A stretch of DNA of 64,000 bases. It comes from an uncultured Acidobacteriota bacterium (GTDB taxonomy: Bacteria; Acidobacteriota; UBA6911). This document shows positions 19,857-32,628 of the stretch, in pieces. Positions within the stretch are counted from its first letter, which is position 1. Each line of letters begins with the position of its first letter. The stretch lies in assembly GCA_963843575.1 (NCBI GenBank), contig CAWJKZ010000014.1, positions 256,001 to 320,000 on the forward strand, read 5' to 3'. The position numbers and the translations under genes are program-made. The notes under the pieces were generated by a model. That model was not told the DNA's origin, did no database searches, and was given only the letters and a program-made list of their open reading frames with translations.

Positions 19857-20947
19857 TTGTACTGCGTCCGCAAGCCCCTGTTCCTTGCCTCCTTTGCGCT
19901 CTGGTGCTGCGCCGGCACCTGGGGACAGGACAAGCCCGCAGGACGGGGGGCTGACCCGTCTCGGGGAAGGCAGTCTATGTCGATGCGGCAGACCCGAACG
20001 GCGACGCCGTCAGCAACTCGGGCGTGCTTGTGCTGGAGCACTCGGTCCTCGTCTTCGACACGCACTTCACCCCTGAAGCCGGCCAGGCGCTGGCGGGCCG
20101 CATCCGAGCCGTGACGCAAAACCCTGTCCGCTTTGTCGTGCTCAGCCACTTCCACCCGGATCACACCCACGGCACGCAGGCCTTCGCCTCGGCGCCCATT
20201 GTCCTGAGCAGCAGCGCCACCCGGCGCGACATGCTGCAGAAGGATATCCCCGTGATGAACCGCGCCGTGACGGCAGCCGAGGCCCAGGTCGCCAAAATGA
20301 ACAAAGAGGTGGCGGCGATCAAGGACCCGGCGCAGCAGGAAGCGTTGCGGCGGCAGATCAGGCTGCGCGACGACTTCCTGCAGCGCATATCGCGCCTGAA
20401 GATCGCACAGCCGGTCCTGACGGTGGACGATTCGCTGGCCCTCGTCGAGGGGAAGCGCCGGATTGAGCTCCGATGTCTCGGGGCAGGCCACACCGAGGGG
20501 GACCTCGTGCTGTACCTGCCGGACGAAAAGATCGTTTTCTGCGGTGACCTTTTCTTCAACAGGGCGCTGCCGAACACACAGGACGGCAGCCTGCTCGAGT
20601 GGATGAAGACGGTGCCCGAGCTGCTGAAACTCGATGCGGAGACGTTCGTGCCCGGTCACGGTCCCGTCGGGACGCGCGAGGACGTGAAGGTCTTCCTCTC
20701 CTACCTGGAGGAGCTGAGGAAGCTGGTGGAGGCCGGGGTGAACCGCGGTGATGGCGTGGAGCAGCTGATACAGGACTCTCAGGTGCCCGCCCGGTTCGCC
20801 TCATGGCAGTTCCAGAATTTCTTCCCCGCCAACCTGCAAAAAATGTACACGGAACTGAAGGCGCTGCAACTCTCCGCGACGCCTGCCGACCCCGCGACGG
20901 GCCGAAAGCCGGAACCGGAGAAACCGAAACCGCGAGTCAACCCGTGA
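19857..20947 (+). CDS. Exported metallo-beta-lactamase-fold hydrolase (cyclase-like); frameshifted near the N-terminus
   Basis: Signal peptide; SHFHPDH, GHTEGD, GDL and VPGHG motifs. Confidence 0.85.
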
Positions 20948-21015
20948 CGACCGTGGCCGGCCAACGCCACTCCGGTGCTGCCGAAACAGCGCCTCCTATG
21001 CTAAGCTGATCGCCC

Positions 21016-21744
21016 ATGAGCCCCGAGATCTCCATTTCGCATCCGGTGTGCCCGTCATGCGGCGGTTCCGGGTGGGAGCGCACTCCGGGGAGCCCGTCTG
21101 TCCGGCGCTGCAGCTGCACGCACGCGGGACGAATCGAACGGCTGCTGGCGGAGTCGCGGATCCCCAGGAGGTACGAGCACTGTGACATGGATTCGTACAT
21201 GCCGAACGACCCGTCCCAGAAAAAGGCGAAGTCCGACGTCGTGCGCTTTCTCGAGCAGTACCCCCTGATCGATGTCGGCCTGCTCTTCATGGGTTCGTGC
21301 GGAGTCGGCAAGACGCACCTGGCCGTCGCTCTCCTGAGACACGTAATCGTGGAGAGGGGGGACAGCGGGTTGTTCTACGACTTCCGCGACCTGCTCCGCG
21401 AAATCCAGGGAAGCTACAACTCGGTGTCGCAGACCTCCGAACTCGACATACTCCGCCCCGTGCTGGACGCGAACCTTCTGGTGCTGGACGAACTTGGGGC
21501 CAACAAGCCCACCGACTGGGTGCGCGACACGATTGCCCACATCATCAATTGCCGGTACAACGACAAGAAGCTCACGATCTTCACCTCGAACTATCTCGAC
21601 GCGCCCGCCCGCACCGGGGAGGAGAGCCTCACCGACCGGATCGGCGCCAGGCTCCGCTCGCGGCTGTACGAGATGTGCAAGGTCGTGAAGATCGAAGGCA
21701 AAGACTTCCGCAAAGAGATCAAACAGGCTGGGTACCGATTCTGA
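21016..21744 (+). CDS. DnaC/IstB-like AAA+ ATPase with N-terminal Zn-binding Cys motif (probable helicase loader)
   Basis: CPSC...CSC, GSCGVGKTHLA, LVLDELG and DRIGARLRSRLYEMC motifs. Confidence 0.88.
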   Translation: MSPEISISHPVCPSCGGSGWERTPGSPSVRRCSCTHAGRIERLLAESRIPRRYEHCDMDSYMPNDPSQKKAKSDVVRFLEQYPLIDVGLLFMGSCGVGKTHLAVALLRHVIVERGDSGLFYDFRDLLREIQGSYNSVSQTSELDILRPVLDANLLVLDELGANKPTDWVRDTIAHIINCRYNDKKLTIFTSNYLDAPARTGEESLTDRIGARLRSRLYEMCKVVKIEGKDFRKEIKQAGYRF

Positions 21745-21745
21745 G

Positions 21746-22758
<1,013 letters not shown>

Positions 22759-22762
<4 letters not shown>

Positions 22763-23677
22763 AGCGCGGACATGGCTCCCAACCCGATCGTGGCGAACTG
22801 CTGGCGCGCGCGCGCCGGCTCCAGGTCAAGGCCCGCCACGTCGCCCTCGCGCAATTCTCCGGCTTGTACCGGAGCGCGTTCAAAGGGCAGGGCGTCGAGT
22901 TCTCGGACGTGCGCGAATACGCACCGGGCGATGACATCCGCCTGATCGACTGGAACGTTTCGGCGCGCAGCCAGACCCTGTTCGTCAAGCGCATGGCCGA
23001 GGAACGCGAGAGGAGCGTCCTGCTGGCGATGGACACCTCGGCGTCGCTGGCGTTCGGCACGGTCCGGAGGACGAAATTCGAGCTGCTGCAGGAGACTCGC
23101 GGCGCTGCTCGCGCTCGCGTGCAGCTACGGCAGCGATCGCGTGAGCCTGGCTCTGTTCCGGTCGACGGTGGAAGCCTTCGTCCCGGCGGCCAAGGGCTGG
23201 ACACACACGGAACGTATCGTCCGGGAGATCGCTTCCGCCCGGCCAGGCGGCACCTCGGGAGACCTGGAGCCGTTCTGGGCTTTCGTCAACTCGGCCGCCG
23301 TGCCGCGCAGCCTGCTTTTCTTTCTGGCGGACTTCCAGGCCCCTCTGCGGGCTGGCAACGGCCTTCTGGCCGCATGCCGCAAGCATGAGATCATCGCGCT
23401 CCTGGTTTCGGATCCCAGGGAGTGGGCGCTTCCGCCCGTGGGCCGGGTTCGGGTAAGTGACCCGGAAAGCGGCCGGACGCGCGTGATCAACACGGATCGG
23501 CCGGAGACCAGGGTGGACTACGAGAGGTGTGCAAGCGAGGCGCGCGCGGCAGTGACCGGCACGCTACGGCGGGCAGGGATCGAATTCGTGCACCTAACTA
23601 CCGGGGCAGACTACGAGGCGGCTCTGCGGCGGTTCCTGGAGGCCAGGATCGCTAAAACGGAATATCGTCGTCCGTGA
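22759..23677 (+). CDS. DUF58 protein; frameshift near 23095
   Basis: [32 protein letters not shown]; follows moxR. Confidence 0.9.
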
Positions 23678-24107
23678 TGCCGCCGCCCGCGTCCTGGAAC
23701 CCCGAATCCGCCTCGGGAGCCCGGGCGGGATAAGGCTGGGGCGGGGCGCCGCCGGCGTCGGCCCCGGCACCTTCGGCGCGGGGGCCGAGCAGAATCATCT
23801 GGTTGGCGATGACCTCGGTGGTGCGCCGCTTGTTGCCGTCCTTGTCGTTCCACTCGCGGGTCTGGAGCCTCCCTTCGACGCAGACCTGCCGACCCTTGAC
23901 CAGGTAACGCTTGCTGAGCTCCGCCAGCTTCCTCCACGCGACAATATTGTGCCACTCGGTGCGGTCCTGCTTCGTGCCGCTCTTGTCGGTCCACGATTCC
24001 GAGGTGGCGATGCTGAAATTCGCCACCGGCGTGCCGTCCGGGGTGTAACGGATTTCGGGGTCGCGCCCGAGGTTGCCGATCAGGATGACCTTGTTGAGGG
24101 AACCCAT
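23652..24107 (-). CDS. ssb: Single-stranded DNA-binding protein
   Basis: [15 protein letters not shown] and C-terminal DDDIPF. Confidence 0.98.
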   Translation of the reverse strand: MGSLNKVILIGNLGRDPEIRYTPDGTPVANFSIATSESWTDKSGTKQDRTEWHNIVAWRKLAELSKRYLVKGRQVCVEGRLQTREWNDKDGNKRRTTEVIANQMILLGPRAEGAGADAGGAPPQPYPARAPEADSGFQDAGGGITDDDIPF

Positions 24108-24137
24108 AGCGATTGCGCCTCCCGGCGGCAGGGGCTG

Positions 24138-24992
24138 CTACCTGCGCCGCGTCGCCGGCCGGGCCGGCTTGGACAGATCGATGCCGAGGTTTTCAAGTTC
24201 GTTCTTGGCCAGCCCGGCTTCGGGACTGGACGCGTGCTTCTGCACGACGGTCTTGAGGTCTTCGATGGCGTTGTCCCGCTCCTTGATCGCCAGTTCGGCC
24301 TTGGCCCGCTTGAAATAGGCGCTCGCGACCTTGTCGCCCGAAGGGTAATCGTTCATGATGCGCGTGAACGCGGCGATCGCCTGGGGATATTTGCCGGAGT
24401 TGTAGTAGGCCTCGCCGATGTTGTACTGCGCGTCGTCGGCCTTTTCACTGCCGGGGTAGCTCTTGATAAAAGCGGTGAAGCCCTCGATGGCGAGGTCCAG
24501 GTTGCCCTGGACGAGGTCGTTGAACGCTTCGTTGTAAATCGTGTCGGCCGAGAGGGCCATCGTGCCGGGATCGGCTCCCGGGTTCTGGAAAACACGCTGC
24601 GTGATGGGCTTGGACTGGACCTTCAACTCCGCCACCTGCTGCGCGAGCGCGGAGATGCGCGTGGCGGAATCGTCTATCTTGGACGCCAAGCCTCGGATCT
24701 CCTGCAGCAGGGCCTGATTGCCGGATTTGTCTCCAGACGACTGGCTTTCGAGGTTGGCGGAGATCGACCCCAGGAGCTGGTTCGATTTCCCTACCTGGTC
24801 GTTGAGCTGGACGACCAGGCTCTTGAGCCCGTCGGTTTTTTCGTTAAATGTCTTCTCCAGCAGACGCAGCTGGTTCTGCAAGGCCAGGACGTCGTTTTGG
24901 AGCCGCAGAATCTCCTCTTTGGTTCCGGCTTGTGCCGAAGGCGGCAAGGCCGTCAGCGCCGCAACGAGGCATATAAGGACTGCTTGTTTCAT
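24138..24992 (-). CDS. cpoB: Tol-Pal system protein CpoB/YbgF
   Basis: Signal peptide, coiled coil and TPR repeats; downstream of pal. Confidence 0.88.
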   Translation of the reverse strand: MKQAVLICLVAALTALPPSAQAGTKEEILRLQNDVLALQNQLRLLEKTFNEKTDGLKSLVVQLNDQVGKSNQLLGSISANLESQSSGDKSGNQALLQEIRGLASKIDDSATRISALAQQVAELKVQSKPITQRVFQNPGADPGTMALSADTIYNEAFNDLVQGNLDLAIEGFTAFIKSYPGSEKADDAQYNIGEAYYNSGKYPQAIAAFTRIMNDYPSGDKVASAYFKRAKAELAIKERDNAIEDLKTVVQKHASSPEAGLAKNELENLGIDLSKPARPATRRR

Positions 24993-25070
24993 GGGTCTCT
25001 CCTGCAGGAAATTGCATGCTTTTATTGTTTCACAGGCAGGCAACGCCTTCAATCTGCAGTGCGAACGAAA

Positions 25071-25104
25071 GCCGGAGAGGAGAGCCGGGATTCTCCTCTC
25101 CGGC
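25071..25104 (-). terminator. Hairpin after pal (putative intrinsic terminator)
   Basis: 13-bp stem GCCGGAGAGGAGA/TCTCCTCTCCGGC followed by TTTCGTT on the minus strand. Confidence 0.55.
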
Positions 25105-25127
25105 AGTAGACCGAGACCCGCAAAGGC

Positions 25128-25889
25128 CTAGCGCAGGACGAAGTGAGCGCGCCGGTTTTGCTGCCAGCACTCTTCGGTGTGATCCGTGCACACCTGGCGT
25201 TCCTCGCCGTAGCTGATGGTCTCGACACGGTCGCCGCCGACACCCTGGCCGACCAGTAATTCCTTGGCGGCATTTGCCCGCTTGTCGCCGAGCGCGAGGT
25301 TGTATTTCTCCGAACCTCGCTCGTCGCAGTGACCTTCGATCGTGAACCGGACGCCAGTTCTCTCGCCGAGGGCGCGGGCGTTTTCCTGCAACACTCCGCG
25401 GGCGTCGTCACGGATGTCGTACTTGTCGTAGTCGAAAAAGATGTCGTGCACGCGGGTTTCGAAGAACTCGCTGTCGGAGATCGACCGTGGCGGAGGAGGA
25501 GCCACGGCCGACGGGGCGGTCACGGTGACGCGGGTCTCGGCGTTGGCCGTGCCTCCCGGCCCGGTCGCCCTCGCGGTGTAGGTGGTGGAGCTGCTCGGGC
25601 TGACGCTGCGGCTGCCGGACGGTTCCACGGTCCCGACGCCGCCGTCGATCGTCACGCTGGAGGCGTTGCCGGTGTTCCAGGAGAGCGTGGCAGACTGCCC
25701 GCGCTCAATCGTCGACGGGGAGGCGGAGAGTGAAATCGTAGGGGCTGGCGGCGCCGGCGCCGGCGGCGGGGCTTCCACTTTAGGGGCGGCCGGAGGGGGC
25801 GTCACCTTCTTCTTGCAGCCACTCCCGGTAACGGCCATGCCCACGAGAAGAACGATCGCGACGGCCAGCGTAGACAGAGACTTTCTCAT
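25128..25889 (-). CDS. pal: Peptidoglycan-associated lipoprotein Pal with an extra N-terminal beta-rich domain
   Basis: Lipobox SGC; FFDYDKY, EGHCDERGS.KYNLALG.KRA and QNRRAHF motifs. Confidence 0.95.
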   Translation of the reverse strand: MRKSLSTLAVAIVLLVGMAVTGSGCKKKVTPPPAAPKVEAPPPAPAPPAPTISLSASPSTIERGQSATLSWNTGNASSVTIDGGVGTVEPSGSRSVSPSSSTTYTARATGPGGTANAETRVTVTAPSAVAPPPPRSISDSEFFETRVHDIFFDYDKYDIRDDARGVLQENARALGERTGVRFTIEGHCDERGSEKYNLALGDKRANAAKELLVGQGVGGDRVETISYGEERQVCTDHTEECWQQNRRAHFVLR

Positions 25890-26068
25890 TTGAATTGGGC
25901 CTCCTTCGAATCCCGAACGTGGTTGTTCACTGTTAGCGCAGTCGTAAGGCGGTTCGCTGCTTTTCCTGATTCACGGCGGTCTTTTCCGTGCGGAAGCGCT
26001 ACTATAACACAGCGCCCCGCGGGCCAGATAAAAATCGACGCGCAATGCAAAAAACTACCTCGAAAACT

Positions 26069-27406
26069 TCAATCCCTGCGCACATAGCCGCCCCATGCGG
26101 GACTCGTATTGCTCCCTTGCGTGGTGATCACGCGCACCTCGGACCCGTCTGCAAGCATGATGAAGATCTGAGGACTGCCGTTGCGGTTGGATTGAAACGT
26201 GATGTGACGGCTATCGGGAGCCCACGACGGGCTCTCGTTGCTCCCGGCGCCATTGGTCGCCTGAAATAGTTTTCCACTGCCGACCTCCGCCAGGTAGATG
26301 TCGTAATTGTCGGCATTCCGGGGCTTCCAGTGGAACGCCAGCCAGCGTCCGTCGGGCGACCACGAGGGGGAGTCCGCGTCACCCCCCTCCTTCACGATCC
26401 GGCGCACGTTGGCTCCGTCCTTGTCGCAGATGAAGACCTGCCCGGCGCCTTCGCGGCTCGAAACGAACGCGATCTGGTTGCCCGAGGGCGACCAGGTGGG
26501 TGACGTGTCGATACCCGGATGATTGGTGATGTTGCGCCGATCCGAGCCGTCCAGCTTGGAGATGAACAGATCCGCGTCGCCGCGCGGCGTGCGGAGCGAA
26601 AAGACCACCTCGGTCCCGTCGGGGGAAATCGCCGGGGTCGACGCAAAGGAGTTGAACATCGGGAAGGGGAGCCGCGAGCCGTCAAGGTAGGAGTGAATGT
26701 TGACCTCCCACTTGCCGGTGCGCGAGCTGATGAACGCCAGCTTCGAATTATCCACCGACCAGGTGGGGAACAGGTTCGTCGACCCGTTGTGGGTGAACGC
26801 CCGCTGGTCGTTGCCGTCGTAATCCATCACATAGATTTCCTTCGCGGCCCCCCGGCGCGAGGTGTAGGCGATCTTCGTCGAAGCGATCCCCCTGGACTGT
26901 CCGGCCGTCAGCTTGTAGACGATCTCGTCGGCCCAGCGGTGCGCGATTGCGCGCACCTGATCGGTGTCGCCCGATATGCGCTGGCCGAAGCTCATCGTCC
27001 TCTGCTTCATGTCGAAAATGCGCAGCTCGGCCCGCAGGATGCCGCCGACCACATCGACCGTACCCGCGGTCAGAAAAGTCACATCGAAGGGGAGAGACTT
27101 CCAGCTGTCATAGTTGACGTCCTCGGGCGAAATGATCGGCTGGGGAGGGTAGAAACTCTTGCCCGCCATCGTAAAGTGTCCCGAAAACTTCAGGTCGTCC
27201 CAGAGCACCTGGTTGAAGGTCTTCAGGGCGTCAGCCAGCTCGGCGGCCACCTCGGGGCGCTGCGGCTGGACGTCGGCGACGGCAAGAATCATCTCCTCAA
27301 GTGCCCGCGGGCGGATCACGATCTGGCAAAATGCCCGATCGGCGAAAAGCAGAGGAAGGATCAACGCCCAAACCAGCGCCGCGATCAACGGTTTTCGTAA
27401 CGACAT
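26069..27406 (-). CDS. tolB: Tol-Pal beta-propeller protein TolB
   Basis: TolB N-domain plus repeated P.WSPDG (PD40) units. Confidence 0.93.
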   Translation of the reverse strand: MSLRKPLIAALVWALILPLLFADRAFCQIVIRPRALEEMILAVADVQPQRPEVAAELADALKTFNQVLWDDLKFSGHFTMAGKSFYPPQPIISPEDVNYDSWKSLPFDVTFLTAGTVDVVGGILRAELRIFDMKQRTMSFGQRISGDTDQVRAIAHRWADEIVYKLTAGQSRGIASTKIAYTSRRGAAKEIYVMDYDGNDQRAFTHNGSTNLFPTWSVDNSKLAFISSRTGKWEVNIHSYLDGSRLPFPMFNSFASTPAISPDGTEVVFSLRTPRGDADLFISKLDGSDRRNITNHPGIDTSPTWSPSGNQIAFVSSREGAGQVFICDKDGANVRRIVKEGGDADSPSWSPDGRWLAFHWKPRNADNYDIYLAEVGSGKLFQATNGAGSNESPSWAPDSRHITFQSNRNGSPQIFIMLADGSEVRVITTQGSNTSPAWGGYVRRD

Positions 27407-27427
27407 CGCGCTCCTTGAGGACCATCC

Positions 27428-28243
27428 TCACTGGGGAGGATGCACAAACTGCGCTATGAATTGAATCGGCCTGCCGCGCAACTCCGGGGGTGGGGCAGCC
27501 AGCGGGTTCGATGCGCGGATCGCCCGCTCGGCGGTCAGGTCCAGCGCGTCGTTCCCCGAAGACTTTTCCTTCTGGATATTGTAGATGCTGCCGTCGGTGG
27601 CGATGAAAAAGCTGTACACCACCTCGACGCGGATCCCCTGCGCCGGCCTTATCCAGTTGGAGCTGATCCGCGACTCGACCACGCGCGCGTACCAGGAGTC
27701 CCCGATACCCCCCGAACCTGCCCCGATCGAAATCCCGATGCCACCACCCCGTCCGCCGCCGGAGCCCCCGGCCAGACCACCGGTCCCTCCGGCCCCCGGC
27801 TGGGGAGCCGTCGGGATGACGTTCGAGTCCTGTACGGGCGGCAAGGCTTTCCTGGAAGGATTCGCGGCAGTCTGTTCGACCTTGCGGGGTTTCTTGGGCG
27901 CAATCGTGTCGGGAAGTGCCACCGCGTCTTTTGGCGGCGGCTCCTTGACCGCCGGCTTTTCGGCGGGGAGTGGGGGAGGCTGGGGCGTCAGGGAAGGCTT
28001 GATCATGCCCGCACCCCCGGACAACTCGTCCGCGAGCCCCACGGCAAATGAATCACCGCCGGCACCCCCGCCCGGTCCCGAGCCCAGCACGATCGCTCCG
28101 GGCCTGGGAAGCAGGGAAGGAAGAAAGACGAGCACAAGAACCGCGCCGCAGTGAATTCCCAGCGACGCCAGCACGGAACGGCCGTAACTTTCCCGGATCA
28201 GCGGAATGTCCAGCAGGGTTCCACGGCTCGATTGGCGCGGCAT
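27428..28243 (-). CDS. TolA/TonB-family energy transducer
   Basis: TM with S..H motif, Pro/Gly-rich linker and C-terminal KSSGN.ALD..A.RAI....PL. Confidence 0.85.
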   Translation of the reverse strand: MPRQSSRGTLLDIPLIRESYGRSVLASLGIHCGAVLVLVFLPSLLPRPGAIVLGSGPGGGAGGDSFAVGLADELSGGAGMIKPSLTPQPPPLPAEKPAVKEPPPKDAVALPDTIAPKKPRKVEQTAANPSRKALPPVQDSNVIPTAPQPGAGGTGGLAGGSGGGRGGGIGISIGAGSGGIGDSWYARVVESRISSNWIRPAQGIRVEVVYSFFIATDGSIYNIQKEKSSGNDALDLTAERAIRASNPLAAPPPELRGRPIQFIAQFVHPPQ

Positions 28244-28247
28244 GGGG

Positions 28248-28676
28248 CTACTTCCTCCTGCGCGGCTCCGCGAAAGGCTTTGTGACCAGGCTGATCTCCG
28301 TGTAACCCGCCTTGCGGATCTCGTCCATCACCGACACGATCGAGTTCCACTTCACATCCTTGTCCGCCCGCAGATAGATCGTGTCCTTCGGACCCTTTAC
28401 GTCTCTCTTAAGATGCTCGGCAATGGTGGAAAAGTTGATCGCTTCGGAGCCGTAGTAAATGAGACCCTCCCGGCTTATCGAGAGCACGATGCGCTCCTCG
28501 GGATTGCTCTCGACGACGTTGCGGGTCTCCGGCAGCTGGACGTTGATGCCGGTCTGGAGAATCGGAGCCGTGACCATGAAGATGATGAGCAGCACCAACA
28601 TGACGTCGACCATCGGGGTCACGTTGATCTCCGAGAGCGAGGTGGAAGTGCGACCCTGCTGAGTGGTGAACGCCAT
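28248..28676 (-). CDS. tolR: TolR/ExbD
   Basis: [23 protein letters not shown] motif. Confidence 0.92.
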   Translation of the reverse strand: MAFTTQQGRTSTSLSEINVTPMVDVMLVLLIIFMVTAPILQTGINVQLPETRNVVESNPEERIVLSISREGLIYYGSEAINFSTIAEHLKRDVKGPKDTIYLRADKDVKWNSIVSVMDEIRKAGYTEISLVTKPFAEPRRRK

Positions 28677-29374
28677 TATCCGAAACTCCGTTCGACCAGG
28701 TTCATGAGCTCGGCCGAAAAATCGTCCATCTCCGCGCCGATTTCTTTCAATCTGTAGACAAACTGATTGTAGGCGATCACCGCGGGGATGGCTGCGAAGA
28801 GGCCGGCCGCAGTGGCCCACAACGCTTCGGAAATGCCCGGGGCTACCGCTTGGATGGACGCGGTCTTTTCGAGCCCAAGCCCCTGGAAAGCAGAAATGAT
28901 CCCGACGACGGTGCCGAGCAGGCCGATGAAGGGAGTCACCGAAGCCGTGGTGGCGAGCCACGTCAGGTTCTTCTCAAGCACGGACAGTTCGGCGGTGGCC
29001 GCGCGCTTCAACGACCGCTCGATCCCGCTCAAACTGCGCTCCGCCAAAATCACGTGCCCGGGATTGGTCGACGTCGGCGCGGACTTGGCATTGGCTGTCT
29101 GCAGTTGTGCGTTGAGCTCCTGGTAGGCGGCGGCAAATAAACCGGTTAAAGGAGTTTTTGGATAATGCTCGCATCCCGTGCTGACCTCGCTCAACCTGGG
29201 GCTTTTGCGGAAGAAGGAGACAAACGCATGGCTCTGACGCTCTATTTCGCGGAACGTCAGCCACTTGCGGACGATGATCGTCCACGATAGCAGCGAAAAG
29301 AGCAGCAGCAGGATCAAGATCGAGATCGCGAAAGGACTGCTGCTGTGCGCCAAGGCGGAAAAACTGCCCGCCAT
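28676..29374 (-). CDS. tolQ: TolQ/ExbB proton channel; start may extend to an ATA at 29422
   Basis: [18 protein letters not shown] and [15 protein letters not shown] motifs. Confidence 0.92.
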   Translation of the reverse strand: MAGSFSALAHSSSPFAISILILLLLFSLLSWTIIVRKWLTFREIERQSHAFVSFFRKSPRLSEVSTGCEHYPKTPLTGLFAAAYQELNAQLQTANAKSAPTSTNPGHVILAERSLSGIERSLKRAATAELSVLEKNLTWLATTASVTPFIGLLGTVVGIISAFQGLGLEKTASIQAVAPGISEALWATAAGLFAAIPAVIAYNQFVYRLKEIGAEMDDFSAELMNLVERSFG

Positions 29375-29577
29375 GGGCGGTTCACCCGGGATAGCCTGGA
29401 TCCAGATTATATTCAGAAGTATGGTTGCGGCCCCTCCCCAAGCCTGAATTGTTAGCTCTAAGATGCAGAAGTATCATAGCTTACGGACCATGTCAAACAC
29501 AATTAAGACTGCTTTATGCCGCCCGGCGGATTATGCTAGACTACATCCCCTGCTTTTACCTCAACCGGACGCTCAAC

Positions 29578-31302
29578 ATGCTTAAGCTATTGAGAATCCG
29601 CGATTTTGCGCTAATCCGCGAACTCGACATCGAGTTTGGCCCCGGATTGAACCTGCTATCGGGGGAAACCGGATCGGGCAAGTCGATCATCGTGGACTGT
29701 CTGGGCCTGCTGGCCGGGGAGAGATCCTCCCAGGAGATGGTGCGCTCGGGATGCGAGACCGCCGTCATCGAAGGGGCCTTCATCCCGAGACCCGCGGACG
29801 ACGTTGCCGCGCTGCTGCACGACGCAGGGATCGAAGGGGGAGAAGATCTCCTGGTCCGCCGGGAGGTCTCTTCAGGCGGGCGCAGCCGGATATTCATCAA
29901 CAACTGCCTGGCAACGCTCGCGCTCCTGAAGTCGGTGGGGGTCTACCTCGCCGACATACATGGGCAGCACGACCGCCAGGTCCTGCTGGAGCTTCCCGCC
30001 CATCTGGAGTGGCTTGACCGGTTCGGGGGCAACCTCGAGGAGGTGGGCAAGATCCGCGCTGTCTATCGTGGCCTGCGCCAGACGGCGTCCCGTCTCGAAG
30101 CCCTGCGGATCGACGAGCAGGAGCGTCTCCGCCGCATGGACGTGCTGCGGTTTCAGCTCGACGAAATCCGCCGGGCCGCCCTGCGTCCGGGTGAGAGGGA
30201 GGACTTCGAGTCCGAGAAGCGCATCCTTGCCAACCGCGAACGCATATACGGGCTGGCCAGCGAGGCCTATGGACTGCTGTATGAAAACGATCCGTCCATC
30301 CTGGCGCAGGCTAGCCGACTGCTCAAGCTGCTGCGGGAACTCGAAGGGTTCGACCCCGGCTGGAGGGATCGGGCGGAGGTGCTGCAGGAGACGGTCTACC
30401 GCCTCGAAGACCTTTCCTACGCCGCGCGGGACTACACCGCCAACATCGATTTCACCCCCGGGCGGCTGGACGAGGTCGAGCAGAGGCTGGCAGAGCTCGA
30501 CAAACTCTCGCAAAAATACGGCAGCACCATAACCGACATCGTCTCCTACGGCGACGACTGCGTCCGGCAGCTCGACGAACTGGCCTCGCGCGCCGAAACG
30601 CTGGAAGCCCTCGGGGCCCAGCTCGAAACCGAACGCCGCGTGTATCTCGACATGGCGCGACGGCTCTCGGAGAAGCGCCGCCGCGACGCAGTCCGCCTGC
30701 AACGAGCCGTCCGTCGGGAGTTCCAGTCGCTTGCGCTGGAGAAGATGGAGCTGTCGGTCCGCTTCCATCAACGAGAGCTGGAACAGCCCGCCAGCCCGGT
30801 GCCCGCTGCCTATGGACCGAGCGGCCTGGACCGTGTAGAGTTCCTGATAGCCCCCAACCGGGGCGAAGAAATGAAGCCGCTCGCAAAAACGGCATCCGGA
30901 GGGGAATTGTCGCGGATCATGCTGTCCCTGCGCACGCTCAGCGGTCAGGGGGACGCGGGCAAGACGCTCGTGTTCGACGAGGTGGACACCGGGATCGGGG
31001 GCCGGGTGGCGGAGGCCGTGGGACGCCGCTTGCACGCCATCGCGCGCAACTGCCAGGTCCTCTGCGTGACCCACCTTCCCCAGATCGCCGTGTTCGCCGA
31101 TCGGCACTTCTCGGTGCGCAAACAGGACGCCGGCGGCCGCACCGAGGCTACAGCCGAGGCGCTCGACGACGCGGAGCGCGTCGAGGAACTGGCGCGCATG
31201 CTCGGCGGGGAAGTCATCACCGAAACGACCAGGCGGCATGCGCGCGAAATGCTGGCGCGCGCGTGGTCCGGCACGCGCGACGGCGAGCAGGATCAGGCAT
31301 GA
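29578..31302 (+). CDS. recN: DNA repair protein RecN
   Basis: [30 protein letters not shown] and VTHLPQ motifs. Confidence 0.97.
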   Translation: MLKLLRIRDFALIRELDIEFGPGLNLLSGETGSGKSIIVDCLGLLAGERSSQEMVRSGCETAVIEGAFIPRPADDVAALLHDAGIEGGEDLLVRREVSSGGRSRIFINNCLATLALLKSVGVYLADIHGQHDRQVLLELPAHLEWLDRFGGNLEEVGKIRAVYRGLRQTASRLEALRIDEQERLRRMDVLRFQLDEIRRAALRPGEREDFESEKRILANRERIYGLASEAYGLLYENDPSILAQASRLLKLLRELEGFDPGWRDRAEVLQETVYRLEDLSYAARDYTANIDFTPGRLDEVEQRLAELDKLSQKYGSTITDIVSYGDDCVRQLDELASRAETLEALGAQLETERRVYLDMARRLSEKRRRDAVRLQRAVRREFQSLALEKMELSVRFHQRELEQPASPVPAAYGPSGLDRVEFLIAPNRGEEMKPLAKTASGGELSRIMLSLRTLSGQGDAGKTLVFDEVDTGIGGRVAEAVGRRLHAIARNCQVLCVTHLPQIAVFADRHFSVRKQDAGGRTEATAEALDDAERVEELARMLGGEVITETTRRHAREMLARAWSGTRDGEQDQA

Positions 31303-32628
31303 AGTACTTCATCGAAACCTTCGGCTGCCAGATGAACGATCTCGACTCGGAAAAAATAGCCGGCGACCTGCGTCACGGCGGCATGGAGGCCGCCGAGGGA
31401 CCCGCCCAGGCGGACGTGATTATTCTCAACACGTGCAGCATCCGGGAAAAGGCGGTTCAGAAGGTGTACGCCAGGCTGGGGAGAAATCAGGCACCGGCGG
31501 GAGTCCCGGCGCGATCTCGTGGTCGGCGTCGTAGGTTGCATGGCCCAGCTCGAAGCGCAGGCCATCCTCGACAGGGCGCCCTTCGTGAACGTGATCGCCG
31601 GCCCACAGAAGGGGCACGTCATGTCGAGCCTGGTCGAGCAAAGCGTCCGCACCGGTGCGCCCGCGATCGACTTGCGGATCGACGACGACCCCGAACCGCT
31701 GGACACAGGATACGTGGCAAGGCAGTGCCGCTGGAGCGCCGGCGTCACCATCAGCGAAGGGTGCAGCCGCCGATGCGCCTTCTGCGTCGTGCCCATGACG
31801 CGCGGCAGGGAACGGGACAGGGAAAGCGCATCGATCATCCGCGAAGTGGAAGGGCTCGTCGCAGAGGGCTACCTCGAAGTCGTGCTGCTCGGCCAGACGG
31901 TCAACTCCTACCGCGACCCGAACAACGCGCGGTTTACCTTCGCCCGCCTCCTCAGGCGCCTGTCGGACATCGACGGGCTCAAGCGCATCCGGTTCACCTC
32001 GCCGCATCCGAACGACTTCAGCGACGAGCTGCTCGAGGTCATGGTCTCCTGCCCCCAGGTCTGCGACCAGATCCACCTGCCGGTTCAATCGGGGTCCACC
32101 CGCGTGCTCCGGGCCATGCGCAGGGGATACACGCGCGAACGGTACCTCGAGACGATCGCGAAGCTGCGGTCGGCCGCCCGTCCGATCGCCATCTCGACCG
32201 ACATCATCGTCGGCTTCCCAGGCGAGTCCGAGGCGGACTTTCAGGATACTCTCAGTCTCCTCGATCAGGTACAATATGACAGCGTCTTCTCCTTCAAATA
32301 CTCGCCGCGACCCAATACGGCGGCCCTCTCGTGCGAGGGCGAGGTTGACGAGGAGGAGAAGGGAAGGAGGCTCAGGATCCTGCAGGAGCACCAGAAGCTG
32401 ATCCAGTACAACAGGAACGCCGCCTACCGGGGCAGGACCGTGGAGGTGCTGGTGGACGACAGGGCGCGCAGCCGGTTCTCCCTTGCAGGTCGCACATCGG
32501 ACAACAAGGTCGTGAACTTCGACGGGCCGGAGAACCTTATGGGACGGCTCGTCCCGGTCGAAATCACGGGGTTCAGCCCAAACAGCCTCAAGGGCGTCTG
32601 GGTCCGGCAGGAATCGGAGGAATCATGA
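31299..32628 (+). CDS. miaB: tRNA methylthiotransferase MiaB; frameshift near 31480
   Basis: [16 protein letters not shown], radical-SAM CSRRCAFC and a TRAM domain. Confidence 0.95.

Noticed and set aside
21016-21744. IstB of an IS21 element or a prophage replication gene
   Set aside because: No IstA transposase, terminal inverted repeats or phage genes nearby; embedded among housekeeping genes.
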